Below, in pieces: positions 63,050 to 64,000 of a stretch of DNA of 64,000 bases. Location: NCBI RefSeq assembly GCF_018977255.1, contig NW_024704743.1:7070001-7134000 (forward strand), in the 5' to 3' direction. Below the pieces are notes generated by a model. That model had not been told where the DNA came from. It made no database searches and saw only the letters and a program-made list of their open reading frames with translations. The DNA is from Callorhinchus milii. Taxonomy: Eukaryota. How positions within the stretch are numbered: the stretch's first letter is position 1; each line of letters opens with the position of its first letter. Both the position numbers and the translations under genes were made by a program.

Positions 63050-63400
63050 AGGGGGCCCAGTCTCAAAGATTATTAGAGGAAAATTGAAGGGAGATGTCGG
63101 AAGGAATTCCTTTGCTCAGAGGGCTGCTCAGGTTTGGAATGCATGGTCATATTGTTGACTGAGGTTGGATCAATGGGCTAATTCAAAAGGGAATTGGATA
63201 AACACCTAGGCAGTACGAAGACATCAGGGGATGTGGGGAAAGAGCTGGAAAATGGGAACTTAAAACAGAGTGACTCAGTGATGTGCTCTCCATGTGAAAA
63301 AACGCCATGTCACTGTAAATTGTATTGTACTGTTGACTGTAATACAGTCTGTGGCACAGACTCGATGGGCTGAATTGCCTCCTGTGCCGAAAATGTCGAT
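63050..63400 (+). mobile_element. CR1 3' end
   Basis: RNSFAQR...VWNA peptide; GGCACAGACTCGATGGGCTGAATTGCCTCCTGTGC. Confidence 0.8.
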
Positions 63401-63626
63401 ATGGTTCCATGTAAAACAGAAAGGCATTCCCTTCCCCAGCACTAACATTCCTCACTTTAACAAGCACATCAGAAATGAAAAAAAATATAAATCCAATTGC
63501 AAAAATGTACATTGAGCGGATTTACCCTGATTAACCTCTTGAGCTCAGGGCTGCAGGGAGTTGAGGCCTGAGGTGACTGTGATGGAGCCAGTGTTTATTT
63601 TGACATTGCACACTGAGTTTTCTTAC

Positions 63627-63800
63627 CTTGCCTGGGAGATGTTTGTTTCACTGCAGAATCTGGGGCTCTGCTTTAAAATTCCTCGCAACATGCAAAGCAA
63701 GATCATGATAGAAATTCCTGCTTTAAAATTCCAGCACAAGCAGCGCATTAATTGCTAAGAGTTTCCTTTTTGCAGCAAATCAATTTCAGCTGCAGAATAA
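63627..63800 (-). other. Candidate first exon of a minus-strand transcript (5' end uncertain)
   Basis: Consensus donor CAAG|GTAAGA at 63627/63626, about 200 bp downstream of a ZNF143/THAP11-type motif. Confidence 0.35.
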
Positions 63801-63832
63801 CCCGCCTGATGTCCGCGGCTACCATTGTATGT

Positions 63833-63846
63833 TGGGAATTGTAGTT
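63833..63846 (-). promoter_or_regulatory. ZNF143/THAP11-type promoter motif
   Basis: Minus strand AACTACAATTCCCA matches ACTACAnnTCCCA; GGCGGG and CCGCGG nearby. Confidence 0.6.
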
Positions 63847-64000
63847 TATTTCCAGTCAAGAAACATTTCAGATTAATAGCTCCAAATCTATTTTGCTACA
63901 GCTGAGGTGCAGCTACCTCGCTCTTGGCCTACAGTAGTCTTGTTGAGCTTAAGGTGAAGGTCTACAGATAACCTATTTCCTCTTGTTATGTTTGTCTGCT

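Overview
Repeat-dense, mostly non-coding vertebrate DNA. The repeat complement (CR1 3' ends ending in GGCCTCCTTCTGTGCTGTA..(ATTCTATG)n, Deu-domain SINEs, L2 LINEs) points to a cartilaginous fish, possibly a chimaera; this is an inference, not a database result. No intact cellular protein-coding gene is recognisable, and every recognisable ORF in the track is retrotransposon-derived. Main contents: (1) an apparently full-length 3,601-bp single-ORF L2 LINE (38869-42469, minus) with a candidate TSD, a CpG-rich 5' UTR and a disrupted EN+RT frame; (2) a 2.3-kb 5'-truncated L2 of a second family, a 2-kb CR1 and many shorter L2/CR1 3' ends; (3) more than 20 copies or fragments of a tRNA-Ala-headed SINE (SINE-A), including a variant with a swapped L2 tail; (4) older Deu-type SINEs and two unclassified repeat families; (5) Penelope-like terminal fragments carrying degenerate minimal hammerhead-ribozyme motifs; (6) tentative signs of a minus-strand host transcript: a ZNF143/THAP11-type motif at 63.8 kb, a candidate first exon, and a candidate ATG-bearing exon at 50 kb. 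I found no convincing wholly novel system. The best leads concern retroelement biology and local DNA-repair scars. Repeat boundaries were read by eye and are approximate unless exact motifs are quoted.
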